Below are positions 35,801 through 48,241 of a DNA stretch of 64,000 nt, one piece after another. The position numbers and the translations under genes are program-made. Location of the stretch: positions 4,898,001 through 4,962,000 of the forward strand of contig JBLDXI010000009.1 of the NCBI GenBank assembly GCA_047495785.1, read 5' to 3'. The notes beneath the pieces are model-generated. The model had not been told where the DNA came from. It did no database searches and saw nothing but the letters and a program-made list of their open reading frames with translations. Source of the stretch: Lepidodermella squamata. Its lineage: Eukaryota; Animalia; Gastrotricha. Within the stretch, counting starts at the first letter, position 1; each line of letters begins with the position of its first letter.

Positions 35801-38652
35801 CTGAGGCGATTGAAGTCATGACCGATATCCACGGTTGGCTGTCAGGTTTAGCCGTTGAAGTCGGGCGAACTTTCACCCAGCCAGGTGCGTCTACAACAAA
35901 AATCGCGAAAAATTTCAATTTGCTCCGTTATTCAAGAAGAATATTTTCGGATGTTTTCGGATGAATGGAACCGAAATTCACCCAGGAGGTTACTTTTGAA
36001 AAAGAGTACTGAAGTTCTGGTCCGAAATTGAAGCTAGAAAAGCTTAGGCTATTCGCTTCCACGATTTCAAAGGTCGAAAAAAATCCGAAAATTCGACTAT
36101 TAATGAAGTATTCGGTATTTTTCGGAATCCTCTGAACATTTTAGTCCCGTTAATTAGCTTGATGTGAAAAATTGGAAAAAATCTGTTAGGAAAATATTCA
36201 GAAATTTGTTAAAAAAATTTAAAAAAATGTCAAACCCCCAGAATTTCAAATTAGCGATTCAAAATAAAATTTTCCGAAATTTTCCAGAATTTTTTTCAAA
36301 AAATAAATTTTCAGGCTTACCACTTGAGCAGACGAACGTTCGAGCACCCGGCATGGCGACGCAGCGGCGCGACCGCCACGAAAAGTTGACCTCCTCCTGG
36401 TTGAGCTCAACGCACTGCAGCCGCGGATCGATCGGCTGGATGGGCGTGCCGTCAACGGCCCAGCCCGTGAAGCCGGTCTCCATCGGCGTCTCATCGTCCG
36501 GCCACTGAAAGTGCCGATTCGACGCGCCTATCCAAATGCGATCAGCCGCCACGTCCGCGGTTAGTAAGCTGTTGACGGATTCCTGATTGGCCCATGAACC
36601 GATTTTAGCCAGCCGGCCGCCTCGTTGTTGGCAGAAGAAATCTGCCTCAGAAAAGTTCATCGGCGTCGAGTAGATGAAGTAGCAATTCGAGCGGAAACAG
36701 CCGAATTTTAACACGCCAACTGATGAATCGTTCCGCCATAACGCTAAATCGGAAAGAAAGTGAAAAAATTTATTGAAAATTCTGAAAAAATGTAATTCAA
36801 CACAACTCATGCTGCAATAAAAATTCAACACAATATCAGGGAAAAATTTTCGAGTTTGAAGGTTTTCACGTCAGAACGACTTGTTGACTAAAATGTAAAA
36901 GCGGTGCACGCGAAATAATTTCAATTGGGCGATAAAAACTAAACAAATTAGGGTAAATTTGTTGGGTTTTTTTTCTAAAATTTCTAAGAATGAAATAGGT
37001 GGAGGTGAAAAAAATTTACCGAATCGATCGTTGCCGGCTAGAAAAGTTATTTCTTCAAAGAACAGAACAGTACAGCGTTCAACAACAGCTTCTTTGAGAT
37101 TTTTATGATGGTCTCGAAAACCATTTTGAAATTTCCCAGCTAATCAATATGAAGTATGAAGAGCACAGCTGAATTTCCGAATTTCGAACACATATTTTTT
37201 ACTATTATTCAAGTTTTATGGGTATAGTTTCACGCTAAAAACGAAGAGCTAAAAACAGGTATTGAAATAAACTAAAATTCTTTCATTTTCAAATTTTAAT
37301 AAAAATCGGAAAAAATGCAAGTATAAGCCGGGATAGGAACTTTGTAATCTATGCCCAGATAAATGGCGAAGCTCGGTCTTCTTTGAGAAATTTTCCCGAA
37401 CCTTAGGTTGAGGTTTGAACGTATCTTTCAAGTACGAATTTGAATTTTGGCTTTAGATCTATGGGATTTCTGGTCAAAGGAGCAGTAAAATTTCAAATTT
37501 GTTTTACCTTGAGAATTCGTCCAAATTATTTTCAATTTCTAATGCTGCTTGAATCATTTCCAAGAATCAAATGTTCAACGTTTGTACAATTTAGGTTTGA
37601 AATTTTGCGATCATCGGCAAATGCTTACAATGAAAGGTAACCGCATGGCACAAGCCGATGAAGTTTACAAAATTGAAATTCATCAATAGAAAGTGAAAAT
37701 TGAAGAAAAATCAATTGATTTTGAAAATTTTGGACCAAACTGATTTAGATAGTTCTTCAAATTGATATGGCTTACGTTGAAATTAGGATTAAAAATTCTA
37801 AAATTTACCGAAATATTCCAAGCAAATTCGCACAGAGCCGTGGGATATTTTAATAATTTCTCGAAGTTAGCCAGAAAATGTTGTGACTAAGGGGATAAAC
37901 TTACGATATTGGCACATGAAAGGCAACCGCATAGTACAAGCGTTATCTGTCCACGGGTTGCCAGCCGCCGCGTCCTTGACAATAGCCGCACACGCGTAGT
38001 CACTCGTCGGCCTGCCCAGCCGCCAATTGTCCCACGCATCAGGCGCCGTGTTGTAGCCGTACGAAATCCACAAATTACCACACGCCTGGCTCGAATTGCC
38101 AGAACACGGCATCGTGCAATTTGACGCGGCCGATGTCCAAACGTAATCTGTTGTACAGTAGCAAAACGCGCCGGCCTGAACACCGGCGTAAATGCGCTTC
38201 TTCGACCGGCAAAAATCGATGCATTTGTCGATGGTCAGCGATGTTGAATAGGTCGAGTTTCGATCGACCTCGGATATGTCGTTGTCGTAGCAGCCCTGGC
38301 CGCGTAACGGCGACCCGTCGGCCAGCCACCGCCACGGCGATTGGCGAAATCTGAGCCCGATGAGCGCGTTCGACCAGCCGCGCGCCTCGACGGAGTTGGC
38401 GAGAAATTGCTGTTCCGCATCGGTGCGCACGGTTGCAAGTTTTTTGCCCTTTGTCTGGCAGAATATTTGAGCATCTTCGTAGGAGATCGGGTCGCGTAGT
38501 TCGATGAATTCAAAGCACGACGTGCCGAATAGCTTGTCCTCATCGCCTGGGCATTTTTGGCCAAGCGTGACGGCGGGCAGCAGCGCTAACGCCGCGGTGA
38601 AGGTGATGAAAGACTTGATAATTAGGGAGTTTAAGGTGGATCGCGGCAGGAT
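32853..38652 (-). CDS. CTL[WSC]-CTL-mucin-TM receptor (paralog C), 8 exons, start codon uncertain
   Basis: Exons about 38652-37905, 36743-36321, 35890-35789, 35687-35274, 34921-34367, 34198-34073, 34017-33918, 33369-32853 join in frame. QKCPGDEDKLFGTSCF..., LIGLRFRQSPWRW, WSC GCY...CG, second CTL WIGAS..FQWPD, TM WWAILLIVLAALAIVAAIVVVVIFLV. No in-frame ATG precedes the signal-like segment. Confidence 0.8.
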
Positions 38653-41426
38653 TTTTGGCGATTTTAGGCCGCGTGGCCTCGAGCCGGGCGACGGGTGACC
38701 AGTTTTCGGATCCGTGACTGGCGACAGCTTTACGGCCGTTGTTATAAATGCATTAAAAAAAAGTCTTCAGCCGGATTTTAAAAATTCTAAAACGTCACAT
38801 AAAAATTTGAAATTTTTTTCCGAAGAAGATGATTGGTTTTCGGAATTTCCCGAAAGTTCCACATTAAAAAAAAATTCATCGGAATTTTTCCCAATTTTAG
38901 GATTTTGTAAAAAAAATCTATATCAAGAAAATTAAAAAAAATCTGAAATAAATTGGAAAAATATTAGCAAATAATTTATTCAAAAATTGGCCTGTTCATG
39001 AGAATAAAAGGTCACTCTCCTATGAATAATTTAGTTCTAAAAAATTGAAAGTAATCGCCTGATTTACCTATATCGGTTATATTTACCCTCTTGCAAAGTT
39101 TTCATCGGAATCTAGGGATCTATTCAGCACTTTTCATACGAAAAATTGCGGTCGCGTCTTGACACCGGGCACTGCGGTTTCCAGCCACAACGCCATGGGC
39201 AGTGTTTCAAGGCAAAATATGAAAACATGTTTTTTAACCTATTCACTACTCTAATTTATGAAATATCTACCATTAAAGATAGGTACTATTGAGGCCATCA
39301 CATAAGGCCCGGGTAGAGACTTTTCAGATACCTGATACCTGGAGCCAGGAGGGAGTCGTGCGAAGCGCAAATCCACTTGAAAAAAAAGCAGTCCGGTAAA
39401 TTTGCTTCTATGAATAAATATTTCGTATTTTGTTGCGACGACATGGGCGTTGCCACAACGGTGCGCTAAAAACTGTGCGCGAAAGAATTGGCGCATTGAT
39501 GCGAGCTATTAATCACGGTATAATATTATTATTATTACAACTTGAAAAGAGGCGCGTTACCAAGCCGAGCCGCGCTCAAGTATTGAAACTAAAAAAGCGG
39601 CTATTGAAAAAAATTGGCAGGCTGTACGATATAATGACGGCGATTATTAGACGGTGTGCCGGAAATCGAAAGCGTAACCGTGTGGAAAAAGTGATGATTC
39701 ACGTTTTACCGAGCCGTGATTCATCGAATTTTATACTTCGATAGGTAAACACAGAGCGTAATCAAACGGTAAACAGTCGTGCCTGGACATTTTTTTCGAG
39801 CATAAAAAGCCAAATTTTGTCGAGTGCGGAGTCAACCAGGGAAAAACGACACGATAAAATATCACGCTTGAAAAAATTGGAGTCTAGAAAAAATTATCAA
39901 AAAACTAGTCATTGTGAGAAAAAAAAATCCCCGAAATTTTATATAAATTATATTTCGGCTTGGCATTAATTAAAAAAACCTCTGTTAAACTTTCCGAAAA
40001 AAATTTGAAAATATCGAAAAAACGTAAAGCTAATTTTCCTGTGGTTTGAAGGTAATCAACAATAAATTAGATTGGATTATTATAGGAATATTAATTTTCA
40101 GAATAATTTTTAAATCATATTCGAAACGTGGCAATCAATTTTGCGACGGTTTGTACGAATTGTTGAAAAAATTGTTAAAATTCATTAAAATTTCTAGGTC
40201 ATCACGCGTAATCGAGGGGTGACAAGTGTCGCCGATATGCGCGTACGATGAAACCTAACGCGTGTGCGGATATTCCGAGGCGTGTTTTTACGCTTCTGTT
40301 TTATTGATAGGCGCAATATATTAATACCTAGGTAGTAGTAGTAATAGGCCAAAGTAATAATGCGCCGAAGTGGCGCGGTTTTACACGCCGCGTGTTGTTT
40401 AATTTATAAATAAATTCGCCTGATGACAAAGAAAACCGGGCCGTCTTTTGAACGCTTCCGCGCCTATCATTATTAATTCATCCGCAGGTGTGGCTGTACG
40501 GCGCGCGACGTTTTAACAATATACATCAGGGTAAATAAAAAGCATCAAAAATTAGGCGTTTTCTCGGCAAATAAATACTCTGCAGCGTGTATCTGCAGCA
40601 GCCGGGTGGTGGCCCAGGTGGAACAAAGGCATCAGGGTGGCGGCCGGGCCATAAATCGCCGGCCTTTATTACAGGCTAGGCGCCTCTAAACGTGCGCATT
40701 GTTATTATCGAAAATAAACACGCGCGCGTACAATTGTTATAAGGTGGACTTGTGTGTGTGTGTGTAATTTAACTGTGTGCGCGCGCGCTTTTAAATCGCA
40801 ATATATTTCGCGAAAATTTTCTGTTTGCTATAGGCGAGGACTTTACTTCGTGTAAGTATACAGAGCGAGAGCCCGGCGACGCTGTTTGTTTATGTTCAAT
40901 ACGGCGAGGCGCGATTTTTGGCGCTGCGCCTTTTCCGGAGATTTCGCCTTGCGCGGTGAAAATGTCAACATTGTGTCACCTAACAATAAGGGCTCGCAAA
41001 ATATAAAGCATACAGCAGTATAGCAGTGGCGTATACTCTGCGGCGATTTTTCACCGGAAAATTAATGAAAAATTCTTGAGAGGAAAAAATAGCATGCCAG
41101 GAGTCTCGATTTGGGTAGCCACGTGAGTTTATAAACTTGAGATTTTCCAGAAAAATAGCAGCTAAAAATAATGAAAAAATGAACTGAATCTAAAAATTGA
41201 TGAGATCCAACTTAAAATTTTCAAAACGTCTCTAAAATATTTACAAAAAATCTACAGGAAATCACGGAAAATAAGCAAAATGAAAATAAATAATCGAATA
41301 AAACATGGTTCCAGGTCGATTTCGAATGGGTAACTTCATGAGATGTGAATGATATGAACTAACTTTTTCAATCAATGTCGATTCGGGCAATTTTCAAGCA
41401 CCTCGTGGAAAGAAAATCAAACTATA

Positions 41427-41733
41427 CAGGGTGGCCAAAAAATTCCGCAGAAGGCGAATTCGAAGCGAATCAATTTAATGAGGAGTTTTAAGAAGTTGAA
41501 GAATTTCAAGTTTCAAGCATTCTTTTAGGGTGTGTTTTTTTATTCACCCCGGAATTTCGGCACCGTGTAGGCACCGGATGACAGATTTTTCGATGTAAAC
41601 ACCAGAGGTTTTCGGGTAATGAAGCCTTCTACTGAGCTCCAAATTTTCATTTCAAGATGAGCTTCAGAAGTGGGCGACCCGAAAATTCGGGGTGAATAAA
41701 AAAAACACACTGTGGAATTTTTCGGCCACCCTG
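41427..41733. mobile_element. Tc1/mariner-type MITE with nested internal inverted repeat
   Basis: TA|CAGGGTGGCCAAAAAATTCCGCAG ... CTGTGGAATTTTTCGGCCACCCTG|TA: 24-bp TIR with 2 mismatches and TA flanks. Inner IR GTGTGTTTTTTTATTCACCCCG at about 41530-41560 and 41679-41710. Confidence 0.85.
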
Positions 41734-42940
41734 TAGTAAGAAACACGCGAAGTTATATAAATAAACAATAATAAATGGCAGATTCGAAAATTTCAAGACG
41801 AAATATTTTTTGTTGTTTCTAACGATGAATCATCCTCCCAGATTGCCTAAATTTCCAGTCCTCCGGGATTTCATATTTCAATTTCGATTTCGAGACTTGA
41901 AAAAGCAAACTTTTATATATCCTATTAAAAGCTTGGGAAATGATTGATCAATCCAAGTGTCAATAAAATATCGCCTTGGAACATTCAGGTTGCCACTGCC
42001 TGGATCAAACCTGGAAAATCTAGGCCTCTTTTCAAGCCCTCAATTGAAACAATTTCACTTGTAATTTGTCTCGAATTAGATTTTTTGTCATCAAGTAAAT
42101 ATCTTCGGATCGCGTAGATCGATGTTTCTTTTTCTACCAATTTGTCTCTTCCCCTTTTTCAATTACATCGGTCGCAAGTAGTGTGAAAAACTATATGAAT
42201 GTAGTTGAATGGAGCAATAACATTCAGCTATATTACGTATTTCAAGTGTTTCGCCCTGATAAATGATCAATAGGTGTATGACACGTCGAAAATCTTACAT
42301 TGCCATTGACCTACACACACAACTTCTAGGTCACACATCCAATTTTTAATGAGCGCTGCATAAATTATCGCTTTTTCTCTCTACTATTTTCGTTGCTGCG
42401 CGCGTGCGCATCTCAACCGCGCGAATTTGACAACACTTTGCTTCACACGTCTTCATTAAGCCAAAACCTAATCAAATCGATTAAAGCATGCAGAAAAAGT
42501 GTCTGGTCTTTTGTCGCGATTATAAATGCTTCTTATCAAACGTTATATACAAATTTCCAAAGCAGAACTTTAATTCATCTCTACATCGGAACTCTGACTG
42601 TACTTTGATTCAATTTCCCATTCGCAAAATCCTAGGAAATCTCATTTTTCAAAGAAAAAAAAACATCATAAAGTATCTTAAAAATGGATTATCTTCAATT
42701 TCTCGCAATTACTCTTCTAAAATTTAACTTATGGGGAATTTGAGGGACAAAATGAGGGAAATTACTTCAATCTACCAAACTTTTAAAAAATTCCGGCATA
42801 TTACCATGTCATTTCGATCATTAACAGGCATATTTATGTCGAGCTTGAAAAAATAGTTCAATAGTCTAGTTGAAAAAAATAGTACCTAATATTCTAAAAA
42901 AATCTAATAATGGCTAATTTTTTAGAGGTTCTGAAATGAT

Positions 42941-43455
42941 ATGAAAATGGTGATGGAGATTCTACCAGAAAATTCGTGGCCGGCCGTGCCGTTTTTTCTC
43001 ATCGACATAGTCGACGACGTGGCAACATCGCTAATTCTGCCCAATAGACGGCGTTATCAGAGTTTCAACTCTTTAATCAACGGCATCAAGCCGAAAATCG
43101 ACAAATTGCCGAAAGGATTCAACGTTGTACTTGTCGCTCACGCAAAAAATGACGGGTAAGATAGATATCTGAAATTTAGCGAAAAATAACGAGATATTTT
43201 ACCAGGTTGTATAGAAAACAAATCGATAGAAAGCCAGAATTTACAAGAAAAGATCTGGCCAATGCGATAGAAAAGCTGATTGGCAATCGATCGATAAAGT
43301 GCACAATTTACGCTAGTTTATATTGCTCCAAGCCGAATTTGGCCAATACTCAAGAAACATCTGATTCCGGATTAAAATTGACATGGAATATCAGGCTATT
43401 CGAACCTCATGAAATGAGCCGAGCTAGCGACTGGCTTAAAACCAATTTGGGTTGA
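42941..43455 (+). CDS. Putative two-exon orphan protein (about 154 aa)
   Basis: ORFs 42941-43155 and 43206-43455 join in frame across a 50-nt GTAAG...CCAG intron (43156-43205). AATAAA lies immediately after the stop. No confident homology. Confidence 0.45.
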
Positions 43456-43839
43456 AAATAAATGAATAAATTCTTCCGATTTTTGAAAATCTTTGGTTTT
43501 TTCGCATGGAGGAGTATATTATCCGAGCACGATGGATTCATTCACGGCTGATTTCTAGAAAAAAACGGTTATCTAGGGTGGTTCCATGTCCAATAGGCCG
43601 AGCTCAATTTTGTGTCACCCTAACGACAATTAAAATAAACCTTGATAGTCCCATCAGTAAACACGCGTCTAATGAAACTAGCAATAACCTGGTAATTCAA
43701 AACCGATTTAATAGCTTAATACCCGCTGAGCAGTGCGCGAAGAACCTAGCTACGGCTCAATCGCAGCAAAATGACCTCGCACGCACACTGGGCGGAGCTT
43801 AGCGATGCCTAGGTCAGGGCGCGCACGCAAACTAGGGTC

Positions 43840-43900
43840 AACCAATCGCAGCACGCCGTCGCGGCCGTGCGATATTTAAACGCGGACCGAATCGTCAGTC
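43840..43900 (+). promoter_or_regulatory. Core promoter of the 43970 gene: CCAAT box, TATA/CHR-like TATTTAAA, Inr-like TCAGTC
   Basis: CCAATC at about 43843 (another CCAAT at about 43590), TATTTAAA 43873-43880, TCAGTC 43895-43900, about 70 nt before ATG 43970. Confidence 0.5.
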
Positions 43901-43969
43901 AACCATCAACCAACGCTCAAAGCTCAATTTATTCATTAACTAATCATCGAACTAATACATTTCACTGCA

Positions 43970-44639
43970 ATGGCTGCTATTTTCCGTCCTCGCGCTCCGA
44001 CTCCGACCCGCGCCTCGACTTACTACAACGACGACCAGTCTTTCGACGCTTCGTTCGAATCTGGCGATGACACTGTTGTTTTCACTTGCGATTCCGATCT
44101 CGAGGAAGACTGCGATCTGGCTCAGTTCATGAAGCCGGCGCCTGTAGTTACCAGCCGTCGTGTTAGCCGTCGCTCGAGCTTGGTTCCATCTCGGAACCGC
44201 GATCATACCCCGTCGTGGATGCCTCGCCGCCCTCGCAACCCGACTCCTGAACGCGCCTCAAATGGCAAAGGTAAATCTATCAATTTTCGAATTAAGCATG
44301 ATTTTTAATAATTTTTTTATTAATTTAGTTGAAATTATGCGCCCTTCGAATCCGACACCCTCTCGCGCCGTGACCTCTGCGTCTGTTTCGAAGAATTTGA
44401 CCCAGTTGCGCCTCGACCTCACTCAAACATTCGTCGCGCCCTCGAAGCCAGTTTTCGAGCCGCAGACATCGACTAAGTTCGGCCGTCGCCTCTCGGATGC
44501 CTCGTCCGGCATTTCGTCACTCGCTACGTCACCCAACGGTGCCCAGTTTCTCGAACACCTTGCCGCTCTCGAGCCAGCCGCGTGTTCGACCCCGGCCTAT
44601 CAACTTGGCTTTGCTTCTCGCCAGTTATTCGTTTTTTAA
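43970..44639 (+). CDS. Two-exon intrinsically disordered Ser/Pro/Arg-rich protein (about 203 aa)
   Basis: Exons 43970-44270 and 44329-44639 join in frame across a 58-nt AT-rich GT-AG intron. Coding-like GC content, upstream core promoter, ends ...ASRQLFVF. Confidence 0.7.
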
Positions 44640-45611
44640 TCATTGTTATTGCTCGTCATTGCCGCTCTTGTTATTTCAACTGACCGACTTATTGTGCTGT
44701 TGTTTTATTTGACGTTTCTTGTTTTTCGTTTTGCAACTTCTTCTTTCGGAATTTTTTCACAATGCAAAATTTATTAGAGAAAAATTTGTTAAATTGCTCG
44801 ATTCTTTCATTCGTTGTGTTCATTCTTTCATTGCTGATTAAATTTTTTGAAACGACAAAATTGAATTCAAATAAAATGTTGAGACGTTAACAATTGACTT
44901 TCTTTTGATCTTTGTCGCGGAACGTGCGCCTGTCTATTTAACACACCTGTGCCGCGCAGTGGTTGAAGAGCGGCGATCGCGCGACCGGTGTGTCGTGTCG
45001 CACTCAATCACATCCATGTCACGCGACCGTGATCAATGAAAGGTGCCGCAAAATGACAGGTAAGCGCGACAATATGAAGAGCGGTCTAAGTAGGCGACAC
45101 GCTATTCCTTTCTCAAGGTCGCAAATTAGACAAGATTTGATAACTCGTTCCGTGAGAAGAGTCTTCCGAGTTTCTTGGGCATTGACGCGCCGGTAGAATC
45201 GAATGAGAAGGAAGTCAAGAGCCGCCAAGAGTTTGATCTGTAGCATGCGAAAATAACCCAAAGGTATAAACAATGTAACGACTGGAAATTGAAGAAAAGA
45301 AATTTTTGACGCAACAAAATAGGTCAGTCGCGAAACAAGAGTATCCATATGTTTGTGTATTGAAATTTACAGTAATTATGATTCATTACGTCCTACAACT
45401 GACTCACAACCTGAGAAATAGTCTCATAGTTTTTTTCGGGTTTTCCCGACGGTGCTAGTTGCAATTAAATTAAAAATCACCAGCAGTACCGACGAGTCTG
45501 GTAAATAATTCATTTTGATTTTTCGATAATATTTCCGGCCGTGGACTTGGAATTTTCTCGCCGCGTTGCTTCGTTCAGAGATATTCTCGCAAATAAAAAT
45601 TGTCAGGCGCA

Positions 45612-45783
45612 AGTAGTATATGTAGTAATACTGGAATATGAAGTCGTTATATAAAATAATTTTTCAATTAATTTAATTTAATTTTTTTTTACAATTTTTA
45701 ACTCTCAATTTTTTTTAATTAAATGAATTGAAAAATTATTTTATATAACAACTTCATATTCCGGTATTACTACATATACTACT
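45612..45783. repeat. AT-rich hairpin / MITE-like palindrome
   Basis: AGTAGTATATGTAGTAATACTGGAATATGAAGTCGTTATATAAAATAATTTTTCAATT (from 45612) is the near-perfect reverse complement of about 45726-45783. Confidence 0.85.
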
Positions 45784-45880
45784 AAAATAAATAAAATGAA
45801 ATATTTGAAAATTTTAAAAATATTTTGTTTGTTTCCAAAAAATTCTAAAATATTATTTTTATTTTTATTTTTTTCAAAAA

Positions 45881-46322
45881 GTCGCTGAGTTCAACAAACC
45901 AAATCTTAGCGGACAAGTGTGCTTCGGACTAGGTTGGAGATGTGCCATGTTAGTTCAAGATTCCAACCGAGAAGGACCATCCAATGACCTATTATGTCAA
46001 CGAGCTATTTTTAGCATCACCTAGGCAGTTGCAAACATCCAAGCACTACAACTTGATTTGGTCCTCGAAATTGGGTCCCTCCGAATTCAACAAGGCCAGG
46101 GTTTTTGGAACCCAGCAGACCCTGGTTCACTGACCGCTCTGTTTAAAGCAGCTCCCTATTAAGATGGAATGCAATTTCTGGTCATATAATTGGTCTCATT
46201 TTAGATGCGCCACACCTTGCTGCGCACTTGGCACACTTCGATGGTATCCATGACAATAGGATATAATAGGTAATAGGCGATTAGTGTGGTCCGCCAAGAA
46301 ATGGTCCGTTGAACTTAGCGAC
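45881..46322. mobile_element. Degenerate non-autonomous TIR element
   Basis: Left end GTCGCTGAGTTCAACAAACCAAATCTTAGCGGAC matches the reverse complement of the right end, GTCGCTAAGTTCAACGGACCATTTCTTGGCGGAC. No clear TSD. Confidence 0.6.
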
Positions 46323-46796
46323 GCGTAATATTTTACATTTTATTTTATAGCGAAAAGCGAATAATTAAAATAAAGAATAACAATTTTATATTAAAACATA
46401 GGGTGAAATGTCAACTCGTCCGCGACAAGTCATCCGAAATTAAATATTTTAAATATGTGTCGCGGCTGAGTTGCCGCGGACGAGTTGACCGCGGATGAAT
46501 TGACGCCCCACGAAAAATAGAAATAAATCAGTTTAATAAAATATATTTTCAACAACATATTTTTCATAAATGTTTTAAAAAAATGTTATCTATTTATTTT
46601 CCTATATCATTTTCTTATCTATTTCTTTCACAATCCATTCGCAAATATCTGTTTCTTTTGATCCTCTTGTTGGAACAATAACTTTGATCGGACAGAAAAG
46701 ATCGTGTCATCGTCATCGATAACAATTAAACTGTTGATTACTCTGATAGATAAGAAAAGAATCAGAAAACACGTGTTGTTTTTATTTCTTAATAAC

Positions 46797-47645
46797 CTAT
46801 TCGCTGACTATGTTTTTAAATTCATGAGCCAATAAGCCTAAACACCCTTGCGCTAGTCTGCTTCTCACAATCATATCGAGAGACTGTTCCACGTCATTTA
46901 AATGACCTTTGATGACTTTCTTGCGTTCAAGTTCTTCGCGAAGTGCATTGATTGTTTTCAGATGAATACCAACAAGAAATGAATCCTTCAAGATAAGTGC
47001 AGCACCAGAATCTCCAGCGTAGATAGGACACGAATACATGATGTATCTTCTGTGACGGTTAATGGCGAAGCATGCTGCCGGTGCGAAACCCGGTTTACCC
47101 TTGGATTCGTCAATTGCTAGTCGAAACGATGCCAACACAAGATCGCAACGTAATTCCAGATCATCTGGATTTCCGTTCCATGGAGCAATGAATGATCTGG
47201 GCTTGGACGCCTTCAGAATCGCAAAGTCCAGCTCAGAGTTACGATGAACGACTTGAACATCTACATTCTCATTATACAACTTTAAAGGCACCAGACTTCC
47301 AACGGTGTGTTCCTCCTTCAAGTTGTGGTCGCAGGTCACAGCTAGAGTCGGTCTGAAGAATACGCCCATTCCAACACCTTTACGAACTCCGTCTTCATTT
47401 TCCTCCATGATCGTAAACACAGCAGTTGCGACTTTATCGCGAATTTCAGGAAGGATGAAATAGCATGGCTCGGCAGACAGAGCTGAACCTGTAGGTGTTG
47501 TTGAACTGGGGTGCTTTCCAACTCCGTGCTTACAGTCTGCGTCCGGGCATACGGCGATATTCCGATCAAGCAGTGCTTCGTGGCTGATACGGCAGAAACA
47601 TGGGTTGTCAGGCGATCCACTATTGCAAAGTTGTTGCTGGCTCAT
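46797..47645 (-). CDS. Intronless, signal-less trypsin-like (PA clan, Trypsin_2-type) serine protease with N-terminal Cys/His cluster
   Basis: Catalytic triad motifs AVTCDH, LDFAIL, GDSGAAL followed by LVGIH. N-terminal C..PCFC...CPDADCKHGVGKHP. No signal peptide and no chymotrypsin disulfide pattern. Confidence 0.85.
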   Translation of the reverse strand: MSQQQLCNSGSPDNPCFCRISHEALLDRNIAVCPDADCKHGVGKHPSSTTPTGSALSAEPCYFILPEIRDKVATAVFTIMEENEDGVRKGVGMGVFFRPTLAVTCDHNLKEEHTVGSLVPLKLYNENVDVQVVHRNSELDFAILKASKPRSFIAPWNGNPDDLELRCDLVLASFRLAIDESKGKPGFAPAACFAINRHRRYIMYSCPIYAGDSGAALILKDSFLVGIHLKTINALREELERKKVIKGHLNDVEQSLDMIVRSRLAQGCLGLLAHEFKNIVSE

Positions 47646-48241
47646 GCTTGAAAAAGCCCAACGGACAAGCCAATTTTTTAATTTGGTTTCCTACATGCAA
47701 ATAACAAATGACTTATTGGAGAAACTATATACAGTAAGTTCATAACGCCCACTCGCAATAAACATTAGCATGTAAAGGAAAAGGCTCCAGAATCTTGGGA
47801 CTAATACTGTAAGGACTAGATACTAGCCACTTTTCTGCTGGACAGAAAAAAAAATCAGTAATCTTGATGCACGAAAGCAATTCACTCAAACCCGCAAAGT
47901 ATACAGGCTCACTGAAGAATGTTCAGCAAAGCGGTTCCATAGCTTGAAATACGCCCAACTCTTAGTATTATAGAAGCTGACATTACTTTACTGAATAATT
48001 CGTGATAATTCGGAATTTTTAATACGGTTCTTGAATCGGGCTTCGAGCAAATTCTACATTTAGGTCCACATGGTCATTTCTAATAATTGGCTGATTTAGC
48101 AAAGGCTGTGAGGCATTGAGCTACCCGGATCTAAATGCTCCTCGCCTGAGTTGGTAACAATTGGCCAAAATTATCTCGTCAACTCTACCTCGGCCTACGG
48201 ATTGCCGACGAAGTCTGGTTTAAAGGCCAATAGCAGGTTGG

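Noticed and set aside
46399-46512. GACGAGTTGAC/GTCAACTCGTC short inverted motif cluster
   Set aside because: Probably a decayed MITE, but termini and TSD could not be defined well enough to call.
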